A stretch of 63,998 nucleotides of DNA, filler included, from Thelocarpon superellum (taxonomy: Eukaryota): the NCBI GenBank assembly GCA_026025795.1. It is 5 parts of 5 records of this genome, joined end to end, with 100 filler letters (N's around TTAATTAATTAA, not from the genome) between each part and the next. Parts side by side here need not be neighbours in the genome. Positions count along the whole stretch, not along the records: positions 1 to 13,356 come from JAPEUG010000460.1; 4 more parts are not named here. One strand, written 5' to 3'. This document shows, in pieces, positions 1 to 12,167 of this stretch. Position 1 is the stretch's first letter; every line of letters begins with the position of its first letter. Below the pieces are notes generated by a model. That model was not told the origin of the DNA. It did not search any database and saw only the letters and a program-made list of their open reading frames with translations. The position numbers and the translations under genes are program-made.

Positions 1-125
1 ACCCTAACCCTAACCCTAACCCTAACCCTAACCCTAACCCTAACCCTAACCCTAACCCTAACCCTAACCCTAACCCTAACCCTAACCCTAACCCTAACCC
101 TAACCCTAACCCTAACCCTAACCCT
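1..125 (+). repeat. Telomeric repeat (CCCTAA)n, about 21 units, left chromosome end
   Basis: Perfect ACCCTA tandem from base 1 to 125. The C-rich strand is at the 5' end, the orientation expected for a TTAGGG telomere in filamentous ascomycetes. Confidence 0.97.
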
Positions 126-403
126 GATGACGCTCCCTCATGTCCCTCACCTCCAACACCCCCTGCCGCCTTCTCCCCACACTCAAAAGCAAGATACTTG
201 GTGGCTTCGCCACCAGAAAGACAACCCTAAAGGGTTGTCATACACTGCTAGTGGATATTCCTGTCATGGGCGACATGGCATCTGCTGCAAACCAACGTGC
301 ATGTCCTTGCTAGTGTATTGTTTCCTAATTACACTCGCTCCTGTAATCATGCTCTGAGTAGTCACCCTTGCCCGTGCTCGTGCCTATGCCTGCAGTCTAT
401 TCA

Positions 404-3334
404 TCATCTTACGACTTCGTCACTTGCTGACTTGATGACATCGATTACATCCGTCGGCTCCAAAAGGTGCCAGTTGGCGAGCGTCATTTTCGAGCTTGCT
501 CCGACAGTGACACAGAATACGTGTGATTTTTCGATGGTCGTATTGCTCAGTGCGCGGAACATGTCTTCTTCCGTTAGCACCTATCTCCTCCTTTGGAGCG
601 TGGTAAATACCCTCATCAGTGGCGTCGTCGCCGAGACATAGAATAAAGTCAGGCGGGTGCTCGGTGCCGTACGCCTGGACCAGCCGCTTGGCGATCTCGC
701 CCTTGTTCACGAAGGTAGGCCGGACCTCGAGATTCGCTTTGCCGGCCATGACCTCCACATCCCACTTCTTGGCCACGGTGTTCTCGAGATGTTTCTGGCA
801 TTCGCGGGCTTGGAACGCTCCGTATTCTGGGTCGGCGCGACGATAGTGCCAAGTCAGCGCGATTCGTTTCCGTTCGATGAATGATCCTATAGGATTAATA
901 TGGTTTCACTATATTGGTGCGTCAGGTATCACCTTGGGTCCGCTCGGTGTAGTATTGAAAGGCTTCCATGACGTCCTTCTGCCAACTCATGTCAAACTTC
1001 TCGGTGAGGTTCTCCCACTCATCGTTTCGTGGTTCGCGGATGAAACTGCCATGTTCGGCACTCATTCCAAGCTCAGGGATGTCGCCCATCCATTGATTGA
1101 GAAAGTTCTGGTCGCGTCCGCTGATTATCCACACCGCATTTCGAGGATCAGAGGCCAACGTCTTGATGGTTCGTATGACCCGATCGGTCGGGATGGCGGC
1201 GGACGGATCTTTGACGATCGGAGTCAGGGTACCATCGTAGTCGAACATGAAGAGTCGTCGCTTGGCCTTCCGGTAGCGATCCAGTAACGCCTCTCGGTCA
1301 AGGACAGGAGTGGCGATGGATTGATCGAACGATGACAAATTGGTGAGGAGGCGATGTAAGTAGCTTGCCGACCAGGCCTGAACGGTATTCTTCGTGACAT
1401 GCCGATAGAGTGATTCGTGTTGGAGTTGCTTGAGTTCGGAGGACATGGTGAGAGCCTCGTTGAGGGCGTCGGCGACGCCGCCGAGGTCCCAGGGATTGAT
1501 GTGGATGGCATGACCGAGACTAGCCGCGGTGCCGGAGAATTCGGAAAGGATCAAAGGGCCATGGTGGTCTTTCTGACAGATGACGTACTCCAGGCTGGTG
1601 GTGTTCATGCCATCGCGGACGGTGGTGATCAGACCGACGTCGGCGACGCGTAGTAAGGCAAAGTACTCGTCTTGGGAGATGTACTGCGGGTAGTGCTGGA
1701 TAGGCCAGTCGCTGAGCGAGCCGTAGATGCCGTTGATGCGGGCGACCAACTCGGAAATCTTATTGGACATTTTATTGCCGGCTTCTTCCTTCTCCTCTTC
1801 GATGCTCGTCGGACTCGTGACTTGGATGAGCACCGCTTTTTCCCGCCACTCGGGATATCGTTCGAGAAACATCTCGAAGGCCATGAGCTTTTGAGCCACG
1901 CCACGCACGCTGTCGAGTCGGTCCCGTCCCACGATGAGCTTCTTGCCCGAGTAGAGCTCTTGGATGGCGGCCATCTTGTCCTCGATGACGTGGCTGCCAA
2001 AGGCGAGCTTCTCCGTGCGGGCGGCATCAATGCCGATGGGAAAGACGTCGACGGCGACATGGGCACCGTAAGCGTCCACCCCCGCGGAGGAGGAATTGAA
2101 GCCGAGGATACGCTGGCAGCAAGAGGAGAAGTGCCGACAGTAGCTATACGACTGGAAGCCGATCATGTTCGCGCCGAGTACGCCAACGAGAATTTCCTTT
2201 CGCTGGCTCAGACATCGCATGAATTCGCTGCTGGGAAAGGGGATGTGCAGAAAGAAGCCGATGTAGATATGAGGGACCCGTTGGCGGAGGAGGGCGGGGA
2301 GGAGAAGTAGGTAGTAATCGTGAATCCAGACAATGTCGCCGGGCTTGTAGATCTCGAGAATCTTGTCGGCGAATCTCTGATTCAAGCGATGGTAATCGGA
2401 CCACCACTTCTTCTCCGCGCGACCGTCGGTCGGCTCATGCTGTTTGTAGTGGAAGAGAGTGTAAAGCATATGCTCGGCATATCGCCTCCAGCGTCCCTGG
2501 TCCTTGAGACAGGTACGATCACCAACCTGCTTCGCATCGTCCAGCATCCACACAGGGACAATCTTGCCATCTTTGCTGTGCACCAGCTCTCGCTCTAGGC
2601 TGTGCCGATCGGACTGAGAGACCCAGACTCCGTCACCGTCCGTCGTTCCTTGTGGATGCGCATGAACGGGAATGGGGGCCGAGGCCTTTGGATTGATGGA
2701 GGGAGATGAGGGTGGTGTGAAGTAGGTTGGGGATTTTATTTCGCCCGTCCAACCGACTGAATGCATCAGCCAAGGCAGTGAGGGAGATATGGCGACACGC
2801 TGTACCTAAAGTGTGGTTCCATTGAGATTGGGGTGAAGACAGGTGGGAGAACGAGTCGAAGAGGGCAGATGTGCCGCGGCGGGGGTCCATTTGCTGCAAC
2901 GTCAGGATATAGTCCCCTCACGAAGCAAAGCGTCTTACCCATCCTGAGGGAGAAAAGGTCAGCGCGTGAGGAATCACGAACGTGGCACTGATGACGTTGC
3001 CGGTCAAGTTTAGGGCCGGGTGGTCGGAACGTGGGTCCAGAGGGCGTGTGACGGACATGCGCCGGAGTAGGTCTGGTTCGTCAGCGTTGGTCTTCGAGTC
3101 GAAGATTAGACATTACCATTGGGAGATTCAGCCTTGTTCGTGGTGACCAAGGGATCAACGACGGCTTCATGTTTCTGGGCAAAACCCTCATTGAACCTGG
3201 TGGTGAAATATCTACAAGGCCATCTAAGCCTCACACCGCCAAGCTGGAAGGCAGACTACTCACGAGTTTGCCGGTCGCGAATTGGCTTCAAGGTCAGGAG
3301 TCACCTCCCCAGCAGATTGAGGGAAGGCTTCCAT
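404..3334 (-). CDS. TPS2: Trehalose-6-phosphate phosphatase (GT20-like domain plus HAD phosphatase), multi-exon
   Basis: Motifs WIHDYYLLLLP, GFFLHIPFPSSE, RDGMN, FDYDGTLTPIVKDP, CLGDDATDE and VTVGASSKMTLANWHL. Exons reconstructed by eye from ATG 3334 (MEAFPQ) to TGA 404-406 with GT-AG introns. Confidence 0.93.
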
Positions 3335-3847
3335 GATATTTGTGACCGTCACCGATCCAATAACCCCGTCGTAGCCGGCGGACGACGCCGTGAGGGGGGT
3401 GAACAACGTGAGCGGGGTCGTGGCGGCGAAAGAATGTCCAGTAGTGCGGCCGTGGCTCAACTTGTAGCCCGGACCCTGATCGAAAATTGACTTTCCGACC
3501 CGACGGTATGACGTGGGGGGTGCTGCATCACCAGACTCTATCACATGACAGATCGGATTCAGTGTGCAGTATGCCAAAGTGAAATGTCACCGAGAAAATA
3601 AATCGTCCTGACTACTTCTAGTGATACTACTTCGAGTAAGTAGTATATAAGGTAGTCAGAACGGTCCATTATTATATTATGACTAGTTCTATGATCATCT
3701 TGCCGTTCATTTTCGGGGTTTAAACGCATAGGATTAAAATAGTAGTATTTGCGCCTATTTTTCTAAATACCGAAGAGTGCGGGCTGAATCGCTCGATTTA
3801 CACAGACGCACTCCCCACGACACATTTCCGCAAAGGTCTATCACCCC

Positions 3848-5299
3848 TCACGCCGATGGCACCGCGACTGTCGCAGTGGTTGTCACCGTCACCGTCACTG
3901 TGTGATCGTCCTGGGACGATGATGGCGGACCGAGAGGAATAATGGTCATAGCAGGAACACTCACGCTTGAGTGGGTGGGACTTGGCGGATTGGATGTGAC
4001 ATTCGTGAAAAAGACGCTTGGGGCTGCGGCGGGAGGAAACGGTATGGCCGACGAGGCGCCGCTCGGAAAGGGAGCAGTTACTACCGACGGCAAGGTCGAC
4101 GTCCCGCTGACCACGGAGGACGTCGTCAAAGCAACGCTACCGGTTGAGACAGACGCAGGATTGGCGAGAGGATAAGGTCGCACGTAATTGCTTGAGGGGC
4201 TGCTACTCGGGAGCGACGAGCTCGGGACGACACTGTCAGGTAGCGGTGTAGAAGACGAAGATGTTGCGGCAAGGAATTGACTCGGTGAGGTCGTTGACGT
4301 GGCAGGCAGGGTCTGGCCCGTCGATTCCCCAAGCCCAGCCAATGCCGGGACGCTCGGACTGCTACTTTCGACACCAGAGGCAATCGTGGTTGGAGTGCTG
4401 AGAGGGGGGCTGGTCGAGACGAATGCCGCTGGATTGGTGAATGAAGGTAGATAGGGACGAGAGAAGGAAGATGCTGGGAGCGAAGACGGCGCACTAGGAG
4501 CTGCAGCGGAGCTAGAATTGATAAACCTACCCGTCGGAGAGGTTGGTAAGCTGGAGCGACCTCCCGTGGCCAGTGATGCCAGAGTTGTTGACGCGGTGGA
4601 CCCGATGGGAGTGAGAGACGGAGCAGCAGTGCCACTCGCCACGCTGGTCGCGGAGTTTTTGGGCGCTTTCACGAAGGGCGACGGGGCAAGAGTGGCAGAG
4701 GTAGAGTTTGCTGCGACCGAATGGCTCTGGAGTCCGGGAAATATCGTCGACGACGTGGAGATAGCAGTCGACGAAGTTGAGTTCGTCAACGTGGGGACGG
4801 ACGACTGGGTCGATAAGGTTGCAGCAGCTGGCACCGTGTTCGTCTCCGTGGCACTCGTCAGCGGGACGAACGATGTGGATTCGATCGTCGTGCCTGCCTC
4901 AGTGGCGACTGGCTTCCCTTGGGTGTTGGTGAAGGTAATCGCTCCATGGGTTTCGGAAAGGATCGACGGGGTCATGGGCTGGATCAGAGATTCTTCGTTC
5001 GTTGCAGTGCTTGACGTGGAGGTCGTGGAGGTCGCGAAGGCCGCGGAGGAAGACAAGGAGGTAATGGAGCTCGTGGTCGACCCAGACGTAGGAGAGACAA
5101 AGGTCATCGAGGGTGACTTGGAGCCTATTGTCAGGGAGTAATTCGATGCCGATTCAACGCGAGGGCTGGTACATCATTAGCGGACGCCAAGAGTGCAGCC
5201 AAATGAGCTAAAGACCTACTGGAGTTGGAATGGAACCGGACCAGCCGCGGCGATGCGTGCGGTGGTCAGGAAGATGGTCAGAAAGCGGAGGGCAGCCAT
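3848..5299 (-). CDS. Secreted Ser/Thr/Pro-rich (mucin-like) cell-surface protein, 2 exons
   Basis: Exon 1 MAALRFLTIFLTTARIAAAGPVPFQL looks like a signal peptide. A GTAGGT..GCTAAT..CAG intron joins it in frame to the 419-aa S/T-rich ORF. Confidence 0.7.
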
Positions 5300-6885
5300 T
5301 TGGAGAGCAGATGGTCGAAGGCGAAGGTGAGAAAAGCGTTGATGAGCAGCACAATCACGTCGAGTAGAGCCAGCAAGGAGAGTACTTCAACACTAGAATG
5401 TGTTGAACAACGGCCGACCCTACAGGTGAACAAGAGCGGCATCAAGGTAGGTGAACAGGCGACAGACAGTCGTCTCAACTGGGGAGGCGGCCATCTTGTA
5501 GATGGCCGCGACTCGCAGCCACCCTCCCAGGGAATCACACGTCCGAAGCTGCAATTAGACGTGAATAGATTTCGCGTCAAGTGAAATGGTACCTCTGGGG
5601 GTTCATAGGATGAAAGTCAACGCGCGCTCTCGTCCGGCGGTTCTACATGGTCTGCCTGTTCCTTTCCTGAATCGGCGACATTGAGCGCGAGCTCGCGCGG
5701 TCGCCCCCGACAGTTTCAACTACTTGGCCAGAGGACGGCGGCCGTGGCCGTTGAGAGCTGTTTGACCTGAAACCAATTGTCGAGTCGTGGCTATCCATAG
5801 CATTTCACCTCGGTGGTGGATACTGAGGTGTTTAGCAATGAGGACAATGGCGAAGCGCCAGAGACACTGATTGGTCTGAGAGCGCCTCATCAGACGCGGT
5901 GGTGAAAGTTAGGATGAAACGCGAGTCTGCCGCGCTCGACGACTGGCCTATCGCCCTGAACCACAACCTGGACACTGACTCATCCCGCCAATCGCTGCGG
6001 CCAGACGCGGTGTGTTCAGGACGGGTCCTCGCACCTTTGGGGTCCCGCGACGGACACTGAGACCTAGCGACCCCGGTGGCCAGTCGTGCACCGTACTTGC
6101 CTTTGGACACCGCTGCCACTAAGACTGGCCACACTACTGACCGGGCAAAGCCCGACATCGGATCTCGGCTGGGTGGGGGCTCGGACTCGCCTACCAGCGA
6201 TGTACCGTTTGTCATCACGAAGGGCGCATTTGCCTGCCCCGGCTAAATTATGGTACCTGACGTCCTCCGCAGTTCGCTCAGCCTGCAGCGAGCAGAGTCT
6301 CGCCGGAACCAATCGCCGTCACCGGGTCGTCAACGCCCTTGGGTTGACATGCGGCAACACGTGGAGCGCCACCGACGGCAAGCGTAGAGTACTCCCCCAA
6401 AGTGGTCCAGTCTGGATCGCGGTGCCGTGATCCGCAGCCGCCTCGATGAGTCTTGCGCTTAGGCTCGGCCGATGCCTCTGCTTGATTGATAATTATTCAG
6501 ATGAAGCTGGATGATATAAACCTCATTTCCTACCTCGAGTTGAGGTATCGAGTGGTTGAACATAGATTCTTTCTAGCTTCAACGATGATTCTGGATCGGA
6601 CCGAATCAATCCCAACGCCTTTGCAATTGAAATTCACCACCAAATTGGTGTCCGGCTTCTCTGTGACTCATATAACCCGATCTCCCAAAACACGGTATTG
6701 AGATCTTGGCCCTTTGGAATCGTCGCCAATCTTTCGATCTAAAAAGTCCTGCCCAACCTTCCCAGCTCAGAGTCTTACATCGCATCGCAATTCCAGCCCA
6801 CTTCGCCGCCTCTTCCCACCCCTTCATGTCGCTGCGGTTGAGGTGACCATCAATCGATTGTTTGTTTCAAAGAGATCACATCTGC

Positions 6886-8381
6886 ATGATGGTGGATGGA
6901 TCGGATTCACCTCAAGCACCAGAGAAGGCGGCGACCCGTCGGGCAGGGTCGCGTTCCGGCTCAGAGCGGGGACGAATGCCACTGGATGTCGAGGAGGCGT
7001 TGGGGCTGCGAGAGGCAATAGTGGAGGGGCCGCCTATCCTGGCACTGAGAAGGACAAGATCGTCGGGCAAGGATCCCGGACCACCACCAGACGGAGGTGT
7101 GCAAGCGTGGACGCAGGCCTGGGTCGGTCATCTCGTCGTCTTCCAGGTCTGGGGCTTCATCAACTCCTACGGAGTCTTCCAGACATACTACGTCTCTGCG
7201 CTGGGACATCAGCCGTCGGATATTTCCTGGATTGGCTCGGTCCAGATCTTCCTCCTCTTCTTCATCGGCACATTCTCCGGCCGCATGACTGATGCTGGTT
7301 ATTTCCGCATCATTTTCGGAGTCGGCACGTTCCTGCTGGTGCTCGGGGTATTCCTGACGTCGTTCTGCACCAAGTACTGGCAGGTTTTCTTGGCGCAAGG
7401 AGTCTGCACGGGCCTCGGAAATGGCCTGATGTTCACCCCGTATGTGCCATCAAGCAATCGATTTGGGCGACCACAACTAATTTGGGGGCTAGCGCCGTGA
7501 CCGTGGTATCGACGTATTTTCTCAAGAAGAGATCGCTGGCGATCAGCATCACCGCGTGTGGGACGGCCACGGGCGGCTTGGTGTTCCCGGCCATGGCTCG
7601 ACAGCTACTCCCGCGCATCGGCTTCCCCTGGACCGTCCGAGCCCTGGGATTCGTCATCCTAGGCGTCTCTGTCGTCACGAACACCTTGATTCGACCACGA
7701 GTACGTGCGCGAAAGACTGGGCCAATGGTCGAATGGGCGGCATTCGGAGAACTCCCGTACCTGCTGTTCGCCATCGGCATGTTCCTCACATTCTGGGCGC
7801 TGTATTTTGCTTTTTACTACGTGAGTCGGCCGAGAGCTCACGGCGGAATCGTCACTGACCGGTGGTAGATCGGCTCGTTCGCCCGAGATGTCATCCATCT
7901 CAGTCAAGACGACGCCATCTCCTTGTTGCTGATCCTGAACGGGTCGGGCTTCGCGGGTCGGTTGGTCCCGGCATTTCTCGCGGACCGATACTTCGGCCCG
8001 CTGAACATGCAGATCCCCATGGTGTTCCTCAGCGGAGTGATGATGTTCGCGTGGATCGGCGTGCATGGCCATGCCAGCTTGATCGTTTTCGCCATCTTCT
8101 ATGGCATGTTCGCCTCCGCGATCCAGGGACTCCTCCCGGCAACGCTTTCAAGCTTAACTGGGGACGTGCGCAAAGCGGGAGTCAGGATGGGAATGGTCTT
8201 TTCCGTCCTCAGCTTCGCCAGCTTGACTGGACCTCCCATCGCCGGAGCGCTGCTCGCGCAACAGCACGGGGGCTACCTGTACGCCCAGGCCTTTTCGGGC
8301 GCGGTCATGGTGGCCGGAGCGTTGACCCTCATCGCAGCCAGAATCTCGCACACTGGCTTGCATCTCAGGAAACGCATGTAA
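6886..8381 (+). CDS. MFS monocarboxylate-porter family transporter (Mch-like), multi-exon
   Basis: PPPDGGVQAW, WGFINSYGVFQTYY, SWIGSVQ, AQGVCTGLGNG, GRLVPAFLADR and G.RMGM..LTGPPIAGAL across three ORF segments separated by short introns. Confidence 0.9.
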
Positions 8382-8713
8382 TCACGCCATGAGGAGGGCG
8401 ACCTGAGGGCTGGTGAAGATAGCTACTCATCCGTGATTGATCAATAATATTTTATTCATAAATATTTTACTGTGGACGACATCGGGTGTCCTAAGCGAGT
8501 GCATCGTTGGCGGCTCAGAGCCACCGTAGCTCGTCTCCAAAGTCTCCAGATTATTTCTCGATGGAAATCCACATGTCCGCATCGTGCCATCTGAAAAGCC
8601 CATTCGGTGCAGACACCAGTCACGTCGATCCAACATGCAGTGCCATGAGGTTGCGCCCTTGTGGGGCCTTTGAGGACTGACTTGGTCACATACCGTCGCA
8701 AGCCCCTACCAGG

Positions 8714-11700
8714 ATGTCGGATCATCCTACGTACCAGGCGGTCGGTGATCAAGATCCTCGTCGCGCTCAGGCCGGCGTGCCCTCGACCGCCTCGCCGTAT
8801 CCGCCAGCCGCGGGCCAATCGCCAGCATATCCGCATGGCGGACCCGTCTCAGGCTACAGTGCGTCAAATACGGCGTCACCCTTGTATGGCGGGATCCCCC
8901 AGCCTGCCTTTCCGAACCAGGCGGCTCCGAGTCCGCAGTTCGGATATTTTCCACCGCAGGGGGCGCTCCAGAATCCAGCCGGAGGAGGCTCGATGGACGC
9001 GCTCACCGCGCAAATGGGGGCAGCTTCGGTGTGGGATGGAGCTGGGACCATGCACCCGCCGCGGGGCACGAAGAAGAAAAGCCGACATGCCTATCATAAC
9101 CTTGACAGCCCTAACGCGCCGGGGGGCGCGCTGAATGGCCTGCCTCCCGCATCGCCGCTGACTCCGGGGCTACAATTTGCACACAACGACCCGACGCAAC
9201 AACTGGCTCCCGGTGGGCAATATCTCTCTTCGCCAAGTACGCCAGGGATGCCGCCACCGATGCCGAGCGCGTCCGATCCACGATCACGGACGGATCCTTC
9301 ACACTGGGGGAGCTTCTCGCAGACCATCAACACGTCGGCCGGAGCGGCACCTGGATCGTCCCAGCAGGGTCGAGTTGACCCTGAGCAGATCCCCGGGGTG
9401 CCTCAGTCGCGCGATGGGCCCGCCCAATACTACCTCGACAACATCTATCCCACCCTGGAACACCATCTTCCCCCGCCTGCCACCGCCCCGTTTGTCGCCG
9501 TTGACCAGGGCAATTCATCTCCCAAGTTCACCCGCTTGACTTTAAACAATATCCCCGCTACCTCAGAGGCGTTGGCGGCCACGGGGCTGCCGCTCGGACT
9601 CCTGCTGCAGCCGCTGGCGCCGCTGCAAGAAGGCGAGCAGCCAATTCCCGTGCTGAGTTTTGGTGAAGCGGGACCACCCCGTTGCCGGAGATGTCGAGCC
9701 TACATCAATCCCTTTATGACCTTTCGTTCGGGCGGCAATCGTTTCGTTTGCAACATGTGCACCTTTCCCAACGAGGTGCCCGCGGAGTACTATTCGCCGA
9801 CCAATCCTCAGGGAGTGCGGGTAGATCGGGAACAACGTCCGGAGCTGATGCGCGGCACGGTGGAGTTCATGGTCCCCAAGGAGTACTGGGCCAAGGATCC
9901 CGTCGGGATCCGGTGGATGTTCGTCGTCGACGTCGGGCAGGAAGCCGTCAACCGGGGGTGGCTCGAAGGGTTCTGTGAGGGCATTCTAGCTGCTTTATAC
10001 GGCGACGACGGGTCAGCGGCCGACAGCGCACCGCTGGCCGAGGATGGGTCCGACATCCGTCGCAGAGTGCCGCCGGGCTCCAAGGTGGCCATCATGACGT
10101 ACGACAAGGACATTCATTTCTATAACCTTCAGGTGGGCACTGGGCAAGCCGGTACCGATGACATCGGCTGACTCCACTCCAGGCAGGCCTGGATCGGGCT
10201 CAGATGATGGTCATGCCCGACATTGACGACCCCTTTGTCCCACTCAGTGATGGACTGTTTGTTGATCCGTACGAATCCAAGTAAGGTTCACGGTCCCCGC
10301 CGAGTGAGAAGGGCTCGACTGATCTACGTAGGGATGTGATCTCCAATTTACTGAATCAGCTTCCCACGCTATTCACAAACGTCAAGAACCCTGAACCGGC
10401 CTTGCTGCCGACCCTCAAGGCGGTCCTGGCCGCTCTGGCTCCGACCGGAGGAAAGGTCATCTGCTCGCTGTCCGCCTTGCCAACCTGGGGTCCCGGCCGG
10501 CTCTTCCTTCGCGACGACGGCAAGACCCACAATACCGATGGAGAAAAGAAGCTCTTCACGACGGAGCATCCCGGATTTCGTCAGATGGCCGAGAAGATGG
10601 TCCAGAGTGGTGTCGGCATCGACTTCTTCCTCGCAGCCGCGGGAGGTGGATACCTCGATATTGCGACGATTGGTCAGTCTTCCTTCTGAACGGAATATGA
10701 CTTGAGCGCTGATGTTGCCTGATGTAGGGCACGTGTCGGCCACGACCGGTGGAGAAACGTTCTACTACCCCAACTTTCACTCACCGCGTGACATTCTCAA
10801 GCTCTCGCGGGAGGTGACGCACACCGTGCGGCGCGAGACGGGCTACCAGGCGTTGCTCAAGGTTCGCTGCTCGAACGGGCTGCAGGTCTCCTCGTACCAT
10901 GGGAGCTTCGTTCAACACACCTTCGGCGCGGATCTGGAATTTGGCGTGGTCGACGCCGACAAGGCCATTGGCGTGATTTTCAGCTATGACGGAAAGCTCG
11001 ACGCCAAGCTAGATGCGCATTTTCAGAGTGCGTTGCTCTATACGACCGCCAGCGGAGAGCGCAGGGTCCGATGCTGTAACGTGGTGGCCAGCGTCAATGA
11101 AGGCGGTCGAGAGGGCATGCGATTCGTCGATCAGGATGCGGTGGTGAATCTGATCGCGAAAGAGGGTACGTGGAGCCTCACGGGATCGTCCCTTGTCTCG
11201 CGCGGCTAACCTTTTCCGGTGACAGTAGCCTCGAAGATGGCCGAAAGGTCCCTCAAGGACATCCGCGGTGCGCTCAGTGAGAAGACGGTCGATGTGCTCG
11301 CCGGCTATCGCAAGAACTTCTCGGGTGCGCATCCGCCGGGACAGCTGGTGCTGCCGGAGCATCTCAAGGAGTACGGAATGTATATGTTAGGCCTGCTCAA
11401 GTCAAGGGCGTTCAAAGGTGAGATCAACTTCCCGTACGCGTGGATCATGATTGCTGATGACGTCGTAGCTGGTCATGAGCCGACCGATCGACGGACACAC
11501 GATATGCGCATGATCAAGACCATGGGCGCCAGGGAGCTGTCGCTCTATCTCTATCCTCGGATCATTCCGGTCCACAACCTGAGCGAACAGGATGGCTTTG
11601 CCAATGAGAACGGACATCTCCAGGTGCCCCCGTCGATCCGCGCGTCCTTTTCGCGGATCGAGGAAGGAGGGGCGTACCTGGTAGACAATGGGCAGATCTG

Positions 11701-12167
11701 TCTCTTGTGGATCCACAGCAACGTGTCGCCCAACCTCTTGGTCGATCTCTTTGGCGAGCAATACACCACGCTCCAGTCGCTCGACCCCTTCCTCTCGGCG
11801 CTTCCGGTGCTCGAGACGCATCTCAACGCGCAGGTGCGCAACATCCTGCAGTATCTATCGACCGTCCGAGGCTCCAAGGCCTTGACGGTGCAATTGGCCC
11901 GGCAGGGTCTCGATGGGTCCGAATACGAATTCGCCAGGCTCTTGGTGGAGGACCGAAACAACGAGGCGCAAAGTTACGTGGATTGGTTGGTGCACGTGCA
12001 CCGCCACATTCAGTTGGAGGTGAGTGTCGTCAACAGCGGACATTCGTTCTTCTGCGGACGCGACTGACGCCAGATGATTCGACCAGCTCACGGGACAGAG
12101 AAAGAAGGAAGACGGAATGGAAACTTCCGTAGCTAGTCTCACCGGAATGCGAACGCCATTCTGGTAA
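8714..12167 (+). CDS. SFB3: COPII coat Sec24-family protein (Sfb3/Lst1 type), multi-exon
   Basis: Zinc finger [47 protein letters not shown], gelsolin-like [23 protein letters not shown]; last exon ends [12 protein letters not shown]. Confidence 0.9.

Noticed and set aside
220..239. Telomerase RNA template
   Set aside because: The template-like 9-mer is locked in a perfect hairpin, and only about 280 bp is available, far shorter than filamentous-fungal telomerase RNAs.
124..241. Hammerhead ribozyme / Penelope-like telomeric element (CTGATGA at the junction, stem-GAAA-stem downstream)
   Set aside because: CTGATGA is about 70 nt from the first stem, the geometry after GAAA lacks the required A-U pair and NUH, and no reverse transcriptase is present.
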